DNA from: a virus
Lineage: Duplodnaviria > Caudoviricetes
IMG/VR virus record: IMGVR_UViG_3300036851_000232
Location: 1 to 61,446 of that record
DNA: 61,446 nt
Strand: one strand, 5' to 3'
Positions within the stretch are counted from its first letter, which is position 1. Each line of letters opens with the position of its first letter. The notes beneath the pieces were generated by a model, which saw only the letters and a program-made list of their open reading frames with translations, made no database searches and had not been told where the DNA came from. Shown piece after piece: positions 34,868 to 44,052 of this stretch. The translations under genes and the position numbers were made by a program.

Positions 34868-35347
34868 TCAGGCGACGGTGGCGCGCAGGTTCGGCTGGGT
34901 CGTGACCTTGGTGGGAACTTCGTACTTGTGCAGGCTGTTCGCCTCCGGGGGCAGGTTCCGCACCTCACCGCACTGCACCGGATACACCTCCACCTTGTCC
35001 GCCGCAGTCCACGCCGTGGATGAGGTGACGTCGCGGCGGACCACGATGTTCGTCACGTAGTCGCGGACCAGGGTGTTGTACACGCTGTCCGTGCCGGTCT
35101 GCTTCGTCAGCCGCAGCATCGTGTTCGCGAACCCGGCCCGGCCCGGCAGGCGGGTGTCGAACGTCGAGTTGAGCTTCGAGTTGTCGACATCTGCGGTGTC
35201 AGGCTCGAAGCCCACCAGCCCGTCAGGCGTCATGAGGCCCTCAAGCGACGTCCCTGCGTTGAGTTCCCCCGTGGTGGGGGCGGCGATGTTCGCGATGCTG
35301 GGGACGCTCCATACCTTGGTGCGGCCGTCAGTGGTCGAATCGGCGAT
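34868..35347 (-). CDS. Major tail protein (apparent ATC start)
   Basis: ADSTTDGRTKVWSVPSIANIAAPTTGELNAG...IVVRR...DKVEVYPVQCG; reading frame opens right after TGA at 35351. Confidence 0.85.
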   Translation of the reverse strand: MADSTTDGRTKVWSVPSIANIAAPTTGELNAGTSLEGLMTPDGLVGFEPDTADVDNSKLNSTFDTRLPGRAGFANTMLRLTKQTGTDSVYNTLVRDYVTNIVVRRDVTSSTAWTAADKVEVYPVQCGEVRNLPPEANSLHKYEVPTKVTTQPNLRATVA

Positions 35348-35350
35348 GAC

Positions 35351-35740
35351 TCAGCCCTCCTTGTCAGTGCCGGGCTCACCGGCGGCGATGGTTGTCTCGT
35401 CAGGCGCCAGCGCGAGTTCGGGTTCCGGCTCGGCGGGCTCGACCGGCAGCGGCTCCGGCTCAGCGGCGACCTGCCAGCCCGCCTCGTACGCCCCGGCGAG
35501 CGCGTCCGGGTTGTTCGGCACCCGCTGCACGCCACCGGACTCCGGGTGCACGAGTTCGACCCACTCGGTCTCGGCGGCGACCTGCCCGCCGTCCTTCGGC
35601 GGCACGAACGGCGCCGAGGTGTCCGGCGGGTCGACGACGCTCCAGCCCTTCGCCTCGTGCACCCGGATCACGTCCGGGTCATCGGGGACACGGGTGGTGC
35701 CACCGGTCTCCTCGTGCTCGAGATAGATCCAGTCGCTCAT
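35351..35740 (-). CDS. Hypothetical protein with tandem duplicated domain
   Basis: WIYLEHEETGGTTRVPDDPD...KGW and WVELVHPESGGVQRVPNNPD...AGW. Confidence 0.7.
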   Translation of the reverse strand: MSDWIYLEHEETGGTTRVPDDPDVIRVHEAKGWSVVDPPDTSAPFVPPKDGGQVAAETEWVELVHPESGGVQRVPNNPDALAGAYEAGWQVAAEPEPLPVEPAEPEPELALAPDETTIAAGEPGTDKEG

Positions 35741-36084
35741 CGGCGGACCACCTTCACGGTGAGGCTCGTGACTGCGGAGTAGGTGATGTTCACGAGCCCG
35801 GTCGCCGGGTCGATGTACTGCGGGTGGACTGGGATGTCGACGTCCCCGGTGGTCGCCGCGACCGTGACCGTGGTGTCGGGGTTCGCGTATCCCAGATCCG
35901 TGGTGCGGGGGTCCGCGAGGGTGACGTCGCGGGTAGCGGCGTTGGTGTTCTTGACCTTGAGGACCACGCCGCCGGACAGGACGGTGCCGCCGTCGATGGT
36001 GTCCCCACCGGCGGCTGCGGCAACGAACCCGGTCGCGTTGCTGAGCCCGCCGACGGGCATCGCGGTGATGGTCAGTGCTGCCAT
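35737..36084 (-). CDS. Small virion protein (beta-rich)
   Basis: GAGGAG RBS; AAAAGGDT..VKNT..VNITYS pattern. Confidence 0.7.
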   Translation of the reverse strand: MAALTITAMPVGGLSNATGFVAAAAGGDTIDGGTVLSGGVVLKVKNTNAATRDVTLADPRTTDLGYANPDTTVTVAATTGDVDIPVHPQYIDPATGLVNITYSAVTSLTVKVVRR

Positions 36085-36152
36085 GTCTCTCCTCGTCGTG
36101 GCATGCGAGCGGGGCCGCGCGACGAGGGTCGGCGGCTACGGGTGAGTGGAGG

Positions 36153-36584
36153 TCAGGCGGGTGTGCTGCCGAGGCGGAACAGCAGCGGCACGTAGTAGCG
36201 GCGCGGCGACACCGTGGGCGGGTCCTGCCGCACCGGGCCAGGTTCGCCGTCCTGGTAGATCCGCCACGTCGAACGGCCCGCCACGGTGGGCTGCACGTCG
36301 AGCAGCGCGGCGCACACCTTGTCAACCGCCCACAGGCACTCGTTCGGGTCGCCGCCCACGGCGGTGACCTGGAACGGCCAGTCGAAGTCGACACTCGCCC
36401 CGTCGAGCCCACCCGCGAACCGGGTCCCGGCGCCGCCGTACAGCGCGGCGTACGGGTTCACGGCGCCGCCCGCGTCGGTGGGCACGTCGGTTGGTTCCCC
36501 GTCGTACACGTCGAGGTTCGCGATGGCGTCGAGGAGGGCGAGGACGGCGTCCTTGTGGGTGCGGGCGTCGGCGGTGACGGTCAT
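36153..36584 (-). CDS. Tail terminator
   Basis: VYDGEP..PYAALY..FQVTAVG; position before major tail. Confidence 0.75.
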   Translation of the reverse strand: MTVTADARTHKDAVLALLDAIANLDVYDGEPTDVPTDAGGAVNPYAALYGGAGTRFAGGLDGASVDFDWPFQVTAVGGDPNECLWAVDKVCAALLDVQPTVAGRSTWRIYQDGEPGPVRQDPPTVSPRRYYVPLLFRLGSTPA

Positions 36585-36928
36585 AGCGGCACAATCAGCC
36601 TGAGCGCCTTCATGGCCTCGGCGACCTGGTAGTCGAAGGCTGGCCCCATGTAGGAGGCCGGGCCCTGCCGGCTGGTCCCGTACTCGACGTAGTGTCCGTA
36701 CGAGGCAGTGGGTCCGGCCTCGAAGCCGAGCCCGTCCGGGTCGAGGTCCACGCCGATGGAGTTCCGCAGGTTCCCGGTGTCCACCGGCACGATCTGCTGC
36801 GCCCGCGCGACGGTGCCGTGCCCGGTCTTGGCGATGACCTGCTGCGCCCGCTTGATGCCCCGGTATCCGGCCGCGCCGAGGTCGATGGTGAGCCGGTTTA
36901 GCTCGGTCAGGTCCCAGTCGCCGGCCAT
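36581..36928 (-). CDS. HK97 gp10-like neck/tail-completion protein
   Basis: PVDTGNLRNSI...YVEYGTSRQGPASYMGPAF. Confidence 0.88.
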   Translation of the reverse strand: MAGDWDLTELNRLTIDLGAAGYRGIKRAQQVIAKTGHGTVARAQQIVPVDTGNLRNSIGVDLDPDGLGFEAGPTASYGHYVEYGTSRQGPASYMGPAFDYQVAEAMKALRLIVPL

Positions 36929-36940
36929 GTCGCCTCCCCG

Positions 36941-37360
36941 CTACCCGAGGTCGTCTTGGGCAACGATGTTGCGTTGCCATTGCTCGGAGCCGTACTGCGC
37001 GTCCAGGACCCGCAGGGTCCGGCCGGCCAGGTCCGCGTCCACGGCGTCGGTGATCTCGATCAGGTCGTCCACCTCGACGAGCGGCACGTCGTGGGGCAGC
37101 GACACGAGGTAGGAGCGGATCGTGACGACCTGGTCGCCCTGGAGGACGGCGCGTTCCCGGGTGGGCCGGGCCTGCACCCGGCACGCCGCGTCGGTGGCGA
37201 CGACGATCCGGGCGGGCGGGGTGGTCTTCCCGGTGGCGGGGTCGAAGGTTCCGGGCCCGGTGCCGTCGCGGGTGATGTCGCAGGTGGCGGTGAGGGTGGC
37301 GAGCGCGGTGGGGCGGTGGTGTGAGCTCCAGCCGGGGCCGATCACATGGGCGCGGCGCAT
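36941..37360 (-). CDS. Head-to-tail stopper
   Basis: CDITR..FDPATG..CRVQ..YLVSLP..DDLIEIT; synteny. Confidence 0.75.
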   Translation of the reverse strand: MRRAHVIGPGWSSHHRPTALATLTATCDITRDGTGPGTFDPATGKTTPPARIVVATDAACRVQARPTRERAVLQGDQVVTIRSYLVSLPHDVPLVEVDDLIEITDAVDADLAGRTLRVLDAQYGSEQWQRNIVAQDDLG

Positions 37361-38035
37361 CTACTCCGCCAGCTCCGCCGCAGTAACCCACGCATACGGG
37401 TCGTACTCCACGATGTGGAAGCCGCCGGTGTCGTCAGCGTCGCCCTCCGCGACCTGCCGCCTGAGTTCGGTGGCGCGTTCCCGGAGTTCCTTCGCCACCG
37501 CCGGCCCATCAGTGGACATGTCCTGCGACTTGATCTTCTTCGAGACCAGAGCCTCGTTCGACGCGATCGCATCCAGTCCGGCCGCCGCCGCCAGCCGCAC
37601 GTTGGCGTTCTCCAGGGCGAGCAGCGCGTCGATCTCCGCGTCCGAGAAGATCACCCGGGCCGGGTCATGCACGTCCGTGTCCGGGATCAGCAGCCGCACC
37701 CGGCCCCGGTCCGTGGCCGGGTCGTACGTGTTCGCCGCGGTGCCGACCTCGTCGGGGCGGACATAGAAAGTGCCGCCCTCGGCGGAGTCCGCAGTGCCGG
37801 TGGCGGTCAGCCGGAACGCCCACTGCCCGGCCAGATCCGGGTCGACGGTGATCCGGTACAGCCTGCCGCCGTCCGCAGCCGCACCGACCTCGGTGACGGT
37901 ACCGGCCGTGGTCGCGCCGGTCGGTTTGGTGAACGTGCCGGCGACGGTCGCGCCAGCCGCTGCGGTGCCGTCCAACTTCTTCAGCGACCAGTCGATGACG
38001 ACGGTCTTGGAAATCCAGTACGGCTCGACACTCAC
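37361..38035 (-). CDS. Head-to-tail adaptor with extra N-terminal Ig-like domain
   Basis: C-half TYDPATDRGRVRLLIPDTD..IFSDAEIDALL..RLAAA..LDAIA; N-half beta-sandwich. Confidence 0.75.
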   Translation of the reverse strand: MSVEPYWISKTVVIDWSLKKLDGTAAAGATVAGTFTKPTGATTAGTVTEVGAAADGGRLYRITVDPDLAGQWAFRLTATGTADSAEGGTFYVRPDEVGTAANTYDPATDRGRVRLLIPDTDVHDPARVIFSDAEIDALLALENANVRLAAAAGLDAIASNEALVSKKIKSQDMSTDGPAVAKELRERATELRRQVAEGDADDTGGFHIVEYDPYAWVTAAELAE

Positions 38036-40632
38036 CGCATGCTCACCTCCGACCGGTCGGCGTGGGTGACGGCGGATCGGGACACCAGCGTCAATGTGCC
38101 GCGGGCCGCCGGGGCGGGAGCCCCGGCCGGGATGACGGCCCCGGTAGCGGTGTCGGTCCCGGTCGCGGTGTCGGAGGCGACGCGAGCGAACACGAGCGCG
38201 CGTGCGGCCGTCGTGGTGGCCGGGGCGGCGTCAGTGACCGACCGGGCCAGGGCGGCACCCGCCGATGCCGTGTCGCCCGCCGTGGCCGTGTCCGCGGCGG
38301 TCCCGGCGGCGAGCAAGGACCGTGCGGCGACGTCCGCAGCGGCGGCCAGGTCCGCGGCGGAGCGGGCCGTGAACACACTGCGGGTGATCACGTCTGGGGT
38401 GGTCGCACCATCGGCGACTACCCGCGCAAGCGCGACCTGACGGTCAGCCGAATCAGTCGCGGGCGCGGTGTCCGCGGCGCTGCGGCCGGTGCCACCGGCA
38501 GGGGTGACCGTACCGCTGGCCGAATCCGTCGCTGCGGCGCCGTCCGACACGGCCCGGGACTGGGTCAGCGACCGCGCAGGTGCATCGGCCGCCGAGGCGG
38601 TGTCCGCGGCGGCGCGAGCGAAAACCTGCGCGGCGCGGGCCGCCGTGTCAGTGGCCGACGCGGCATCGGCGGCGGTGCGTGCGGTGGCGAGCTGGCCGGT
38701 GACCGTGTCCGTGATCGCCGCAGTGTCCGCAGCGGTGCGCGCGGTGGTGAGGCTACGTGTCGCGGCATCGGTGGCCGGCACCGCATCGGTGGCCGAGCGG
38801 GCTGCCGTGACAGTCCGGGTCGCCGCGTCGGCAGCGGATGCTGTATCGGAAACGGGGCGGGCCACGGCGAGGCTGCGGGTTCCCGCGTCCGTGGCCAGCG
38901 CGGGGTCGGTGACGCTCCTGGGGAACGTTGCTGCCCGGCTGATTGTGTCGGTCGCCACGGCCGTGTCGGCGGCAACCCGGGCGAGGGTCTGCGGCGCGGT
39001 CTGCAGCAGGTCCCGGCCGTCGAGCTGAGTGAGGGTCACCCAGGCGGCCTTCATCGGGTTGTAGTCCCACGCCCGGCCCTGCCCGACCGCGCGGGTCCGC
39101 ACGTTCCGCCAGTACTGCCGGGCCCGGGTGGTGTCCCCGACCTGTGTGAACGCCAACCCGACCAGCGCGTCATACCGACCGGAGAGCGCGGGCTTGTCCG
39201 CGTTGGGCTGCGAGGCGTCGAACTGGGTCGTCAACCCGGAGTGCCGGGAGCTGGGGAAGATCCGGAACAGCACGGTCCACGCCTGCTGCAACGCGTCCCC
39301 GAGCGTCGCCCAGGTGGTGACGGTGTGCACCCCGACGTCAGACACGGCCCAGTCGTAGGCGGCCGCGGTCGGGGTCGCCGGGTTCCACAACGCATCCACG
39401 CCGGCGAGCTGCTTCACGGCGACCGCGCGGGCACGTTCCCGCACGGCCTGGCTGGACGCAACCTCGACGGCGGCCCACAGCCCGGCGACGGCCTCGTCCT
39501 GGTCCATCAGGTACTTGGCGTGAAACTCCGGTTTCGCCCAGGTGAGCCCGTCGGAGGTCTGGGTGAGCTCCACCGCGGCGACGGCCTGCCCGACCGCGGT
39601 CTGCAGCGCCGCCAGCCTCGACGGCCGCGGGTCCACGAGGTTAGCGGCCCGCACCGCCAGGAGGAACAGCCCGGCGTACGCGTCGGTGGAGTCGCGGGTG
39701 GTCAGCTTCGTCAGGGTGGTCCCGGACCGGTCGTAGTCGTACATGGTGCCGTCGGGTTCCTGGTGCGCGGCGTACCAGTCGCACCAGTTCCACACGGCGT
39801 CCGCGTACGAGGCGATGCCCCACTTGCGGTAGGCGGCGGCCAGCCCGACTGCGGCGAAGCCCGCCTCGTAGGGCCGGATCGCGGCCTTGTCGATGTACCA
39901 GCCGATGGCGCCCCCGGCGCCGACGGCGTCGGTCTCGGTCATCACGGCCTGCATCGCCCAGTCGGCCTCGTTCGACACCCACGCGGTGGCGGCGGTGCCG
40001 ACCTCCAACTGGGCGGCGTCGATGACGGCCTCGCCACCGCCTTCGATGGCGAGGAAGACCCGGGCCTTGGTGGCGCCGGCGCCTGGGGTGGAGGTGACGG
40101 TGCGGCGGGTCAGCGCGGCGTCGACCGCGCCGACGGTCGTGTAGTCGTAGTTGACGAGGACGTCGGTGGCGTCGAGCCATTCGACTTTGAGGACGAAGTT
40201 CGCGCCGGTGTTCAGCGAGTTGACTTTGACGTAGGCGGACAGGGTGTGCGGTTGCTGCGCGGTGATGGCGACGGTCGCCCAGCGGACGTCTTCGTTCAGC
40301 CCGTTCGCGACGGTGATCTTCTGCGCCTTGGTGCCGGACTGGACTGGGGTGGTGACGATGGCGGTGGTGGGTGTGCCGAACTTCGACAGGCCATCCGCGA
40401 GCCCGTCGCTGTTGGCGTCCAGTTCGAAGGAGGTGTTGGGCAGCAGGTTGTCGGCGACGGCGTCCGATGTGGTGGTGTCGGTCGCTGTGGCGGTGTCGGC
40501 GGCGGTGCGGGTGAGGGTCAGCGACCGTGAGGCCGTGTCTGTGGCCGGGGCCGAGTCCGAGGCGGTGCGGGCTAGGTCCGCCTGCCCGGCGGCGTCCTCG
40601 ACGTAATGGGCGGTGAGCCTCGCGTACGACAC
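38032..40632 (-). CDS. Large virion-associated protein: CBM-like domain, glycosidase-like helical domain, Ala/Thr ~18-aa repeats
   Basis: NLLPNTSFE..IDAAQLEVG; DSTDAYAGLFL..YLMDQDE; repeated R.aaDtA.AtD units. Confidence 0.65.
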   Translation of the reverse strand: MSYARLTAHYVEDAAGQADLARTASDSAPATDTASRSLTLTRTAADTATATDTTTSDAVADNLLPNTSFELDANSDGLADGLSKFGTPTTAIVTTPVQSGTKAQKITVANGLNEDVRWATVAITAQQPHTLSAYVKVNSLNTGANFVLKVEWLDATDVLVNYDYTTVGAVDAALTRRTVTSTPGAGATKARVFLAIEGGGEAVIDAAQLEVGTAATAWVSNEADWAMQAVMTETDAVGAGGAIGWYIDKAAIRPYEAGFAAVGLAAAYRKWGIASYADAVWNWCDWYAAHQEPDGTMYDYDRSGTTLTKLTTRDSTDAYAGLFLLAVRAANLVDPRPSRLAALQTAVGQAVAAVELTQTSDGLTWAKPEFHAKYLMDQDEAVAGLWAAVEVASSQAVRERARAVAVKQLAGVDALWNPATPTAAAYDWAVSDVGVHTVTTWATLGDALQQAWTVLFRIFPSSRHSGLTTQFDASQPNADKPALSGRYDALVGLAFTQVGDTTRARQYWRNVRTRAVGQGRAWDYNPMKAAWVTLTQLDGRDLLQTAPQTLARVAADTAVATDTISRAATFPRSVTDPALATDAGTRSLAVARPVSDTASAADAATRTVTAARSATDAVPATDAATRSLTTARTAADTAAITDTVTGQLATARTAADAASATDTAARAAQVFARAAADTASAADAPARSLTQSRAVSDGAAATDSASGTVTPAGGTGRSAADTAPATDSADRQVALARVVADGATTPDVITRSVFTARSAADLAAAADVAARSLLAAGTAADTATAGDTASAGAALARSVTDAAPATTTAARALVFARVASDTATGTDTATGAVIPAGAPAPAARGTLTLVSRSAVTHADRSEVSMR

Positions 40633-40633
40633 G

Positions 40634-40963
40634 TCAGTCCAAGCTCAACACGGACCACTCGAAGCTGCGGCCGGTCCCGGCGGTCTGCTTCAGCGTGAAC
40701 GTGGCGCCGTCCACGGTGGCGACCGGCGGGGACTCGTAACGCAGCTCGGTCACGGGGCCGACGACGGTGGCGAGCCGACCGAGCACTTCGCTGCCCGCCG
40801 CGAGCACCTTCGACTTGATCCGCAGCTCCAGGATGTCCCCGGCGGCGAGGTTGGTCAGGTTGACGACCAGCACCCGCGTCTTGGCGGTGGTCGGCGTGGC
40901 CAGGCTGTGCTCGGTACCAATTGTCGCGGTCTGTGTCCCCGAGGATTCCCGCGCCAGCGCCAT
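40634..40963 (-). CDS. Small virion-associated protein
   Basis: ORF track; TLKQTAGTGRSFEWSV C-terminus. Confidence 0.65.
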   Translation of the reverse strand: MALARESSGTQTATIGTEHSLATPTTAKTRVLVVNLTNLAAGDILELRIKSKVLAAGSEVLGRLATVVGPVTELRYESPPVATVDGATFTLKQTAGTGRSFEWSVLSLD

Positions 40964-41781
40964 TAATCTACTCCAACCGCTAACACTCGGGGAATAGCTG
41001 TCGCGGCTACACTTGATCCCGCATGACGCGCCACAAGCCGAATACCTGCTGGAAGATTAGTCGGGACAGTCACATGTGGTGTGTGACATACCTCCGAAGT
41101 CGAAATACGCGCGCCCAGATCGGCGATTAATACCTGTTCATTACCCGCCGATCCATAACCAATATCCACCAGGACGCCCGTGGCCGTTAGGACAGCGTTA
41201 TTCGTTGGTGCTATACATGGAATTAACCACCTAATAGGATTGGCTGTAGATGCAGACAACTCAGTCCATGCACCTTTGGTATTTACAGCACCCGGAGTAG
41301 CCATAAGTGTTCCAGAGGAAACAGCCGTACTAGCTCCGTACGTCGTCGCTCGGCCACCATGTTCACCTGGCATCCACCCGCCACCAATAATTAAACATTG
41401 AGCATCAACTGTCTCAGAAACTACAGCCGATTGGCAGCGCGCCGCGATCCGTTCACCAGACGGAATGTAAACCGGAAGGAATATGGACCGGGTGCTACCC
41501 GAGAAACCCACCGCGATATTCTCCACCAAAACTCGCTCGGAAGCTGCCGCGCCCAATCCAATGTCGATCAACATCGACGTGTCGACCGCGGAGACACTGA
41601 TGCCATCTCGGTGCATCATCCAAATACCAGATACATCGAAGTCCGTAGCTGCAATCAGTTGTGTCCATGCGCCTTTAATATGCGCGGTACCCGAGGCGGT
41701 GAGAGTCTCCGGGACGCTGGACGCGGCGACCACGCCGCCGGTCTCGGAGCGGCCCGCGTCCGACAACGGCCACTGCGGCAC
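40963..41781 (-). CDS. Virion-associated protein with two-fold internal repeat, low GC
   Basis: KGAWTQLIAAT / KGAWTELSAST and IDIGLGAAASERVL / VDIGYGSAGNEQVL; GTG after GGAG. Confidence 0.7.
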   Translation of the reverse strand: MPQWPLSDAGRSETGGVVAASSVPETLTASGTAHIKGAWTQLIAATDFDVSGIWMMHRDGISVSAVDTSMLIDIGLGAAASERVLVENIAVGFSGSTRSIFLPVYIPSGERIAARCQSAVVSETVDAQCLIIGGGWMPGEHGGRATTYGASTAVSSGTLMATPGAVNTKGAWTELSASTANPIRWLIPCIAPTNNAVLTATGVLVDIGYGSAGNEQVLIADLGARISTSEVCHTPHVTVPTNLPAGIRLVARHAGSSVAATAIPRVLAVGVD

Positions 41782-41783
41782 GG

Positions 41784-42119
41784 CTACTCCATGTCCGTCG
41801 GCTGATGGGTCAGCCGGTAGCGGTGCGGGCCGAGCAGCCGGACGAGGCGGTCCCGTAGCGTCTGCCGTTGCGTGACGGTGAGCCGCTGCCACACCGCGGA
41901 CAGGTCCGGGTCGTCGGCCAAGTCCTGGACGCGGTCGGCCCTCGCCGGCTCGGGGCGGGCCACGAACACGCGCAGTGTCCTGTCCCAAATCTGTGTCGCC
42001 GCGTCTGGCCGCTGCGCCTGCTCGAGCGCCACCATGCCCTCGGGCATCGGCTCGGCAAGCACGGTGCCGATGGAGATCAGCTCACCGTCGACGTCGCGGC
42101 AGACTGCGTACCAGGCCAT
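41784..42119 (-). CDS. Hypothetical protein (fibre-assembly-like)
   Basis: Start MAWYAV after GGAGGG. Confidence 0.6.
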   Translation of the reverse strand: MAWYAVCRDVDGELISIGTVLAEPMPEGMVALEQAQRPDAATQIWDRTLRVFVARPEPARADRVQDLADDPDLSAVWQRLTVTQRQTLRDRLVRLLGPHRYRLTHQPTDME

Positions 42120-42121
42120 GT

Positions 42122-43105
42122 TCAGCACCCTCCGGGAATGCACTCGCCAGCCGTGACCTCGACAGTCGGCTCAGGTTCCGTGGTCGGCTCAGCGGTCGGC
42201 TCCGCGTCGGGGTTGTCCACGTGGAACTGCGCGACCAGCACGCCCGAGTTGCCCTGGCCGTCCTTCTCGCAGTCCACCCGCTGCACCAGCCGATGCGGGC
42301 CGTCCGCCAACTGCGTCGTGTCAATGCTCAACGTCGTCTCCGGCAGCGGCCCCGGCCCGTCCAGCAACACCGTGCCAGGAATCCCGGCGTGCGCGTCCGC
42401 ATCCAGCGCCACCCGGTGATGCGACGGGTCCACGTCCCCCGAGCCGTGGTCCACCTGCTTCACCTTCGGCTCCCACACGCCCGACACCGGGCCGTCCGGC
42501 AGCGGCACGCTCAACACGTCCGGCTCGCAGTACCCGAAGTCCGTGTACCAGCCCTTACCGCGCAGGTACGGCTTCCGGGTCACGTCCGACTTCGACTTGC
42601 CGTTGGCGATGTACGTCTGCCAGTTCAGCGAGGCGTGCATCCGCTTGCCGTCCGGCTCGTCAACGAAGCCGCGGACGCGGATCTCCTGCAAGCCCGAATG
42701 GCCGAACTTCGCGATGTCGACCGGGGCGGTCAGCCACTGCTCGCACGTGGTCTCCGCACACGTCCGCCACGCAGGGACCAGCTTCGCGACCGTCGTCTCA
42801 TAGTCGGTGCCCTTGAACACCAGCGACAGGTCCAGCAACTTCCCAGGGTTGTTGTGCATGACCACGCGAACCGGAATCGTCGTGTTCGCGGACAACGTGT
42901 CCCGCTCCGGGATGCACGCCCCGACGTGGAGGTGCCCGAAGTCCGTCGTCGCAGCCGGGTCGGCCCCATCTGCTCGGGACCACCACGACTGCGCCTCCGT
43001 CCACACGCGGGGCTCCGGGAAGTCGGAGCAGTCGATGGCAGCCGACGCAGGGGTGGGGGACAGCATCACCGCGACGAGTGCGAGCAAGGCAAGGACGCGG
43101 CGCAT
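42122..43105 (-). CDS. Secreted protein with signal peptide
   Basis: MRRVLALLALVAVMLSPTPASA-A; TGATG coupling. Confidence 0.7.
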   Translation of the reverse strand: MRRVLALLALVAVMLSPTPASAAIDCSDFPEPRVWTEAQSWWSRADGADPAATTDFGHLHVGACIPERDTLSANTTIPVRVVMHNNPGKLLDLSLVFKGTDYETTVAKLVPAWRTCAETTCEQWLTAPVDIAKFGHSGLQEIRVRGFVDEPDGKRMHASLNWQTYIANGKSKSDVTRKPYLRGKGWYTDFGYCEPDVLSVPLPDGPVSGVWEPKVKQVDHGSGDVDPSHHRVALDADAHAGIPGTVLLDGPGPLPETTLSIDTTQLADGPHRLVQRVDCEKDGQGNSGVLVAQFHVDNPDAEPTAEPTTEPEPTVEVTAGECIPGGC

Positions 43106-43737
43106 CAGCTCAAGGTCACGGTCTGCGTTGTCGTGAGGGCATCGCCCGAAGCGGACAGCGTCGCCGTCGCTGATAGCAGTGTCGTGAAGCACATCCGGGA
43201 CGCCCCGGTCAGGGACTGGAACACCCCGATCTTCGCCACCGTCACCGGCAGCGTGTCGCTGCCGTTCGCCGTGAACGCCGTCGTCAGCGTGTAGCTCGCG
43301 GCCCCGGCGGTGTGCGCGTACGCGGAGATCTTCCGGATCAGCCCGCCACCGGCCGTGGTGATCTCCCCGGTCAGCGTCGTGTCACCCAGCGCCGGGGCCG
43401 TCGAGTTCGCTGTCAACGCGGTGAACCACGCCGCCGCGTTCCCCGCCAGGATCTGGTATTGCGCGTTCGCGGACGGGGTCGTGCCCGCCGCGCCACCCGG
43501 GGTGGCCGGGACGTTCCACCGGTCCACCGTCAACACCGTCGCCGTGTTTGAGATCACCACCCCGTACACCGCGCCCGAGACGACCACGTGCCCGGCCCAA
43601 GCATTCGTCGTCCACGCCTTCGCCGTATCGGTGACCGTGGTCGCCGCATAGGTGACCGTCGCGCCGGTGTTCTGGTCCCCGACGATGTCACCGCCCATCG
43701 CCGCCGACTGCAGATCGCGCCCACTGTTGACGAGCAC
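43105..43737 (-). CDS. Virion fibre/structural protein
   Basis: LVNSGRD, DTTLTGEI, GDALTTTQTVT; Thr/Ala/Gly-rich. Confidence 0.7.
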   Translation of the reverse strand: MLVNSGRDLQSAAMGGDIVGDQNTGATVTYAATTVTDTAKAWTTNAWAGHVVVSGAVYGVVISNTATVLTVDRWNVPATPGGAAGTTPSANAQYQILAGNAAAWFTALTANSTAPALGDTTLTGEITTAGGGLIRKISAYAHTAGAASYTLTTAFTANGSDTLPVTVAKIGVFQSLTGASRMCFTTLLSATATLSASGDALTTTQTVTLS

Positions 43738-43740
43738 CGG

Positions 43741-44049
43741 TCAGCCCTCCCCATCCCAGTCGTCGGGGCGGCCCACCGGGCAGCCCAACTGCGCGGCGAG
43801 CAGCATCGCCAGCCCACCGTTGTCGGACTCCACCCAGTCCGGGGTCGAATCGGTCACGTTGTCGCCGCGGCTGTGGTGGTTCCACACCCCGTCCTGCGCG
43901 GTCACGACCGCGACCGCCTCCAGCAGCGAATAGGTGTCGGGGATGTGCACGGTGGTGACGCGGGCGCCCTCCAGCGGCTTGTGCCGCAGGGTGCCTTTGG
44001 CGTCGAGGTAGGCCTCTTTCGCGGCCGAATTGCCGAGCAGGACGCGCAC
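43741..44049 (-). CDS. Hypothetical protein
   Basis: AAGGAGG RBS; ORF track. Confidence 0.65.
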   Translation of the reverse strand: MRVLLGNSAAKEAYLDAKGTLRHKPLEGARVTTVHIPDTYSLLEAVAVVTAQDGVWNHHSRGDNVTDSTPDWVESDNGGLAMLLAAQLGCPVGRPDDWDGEG

Positions 44050-44052
44050 GCG

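Noticed and set aside
38032-39000. Ala/Thr repeats as a diversity-generating retroelement target or shufflon
   Set aside because: No reverse transcriptase or invertase in the genome; repeats are degenerate at DNA level.
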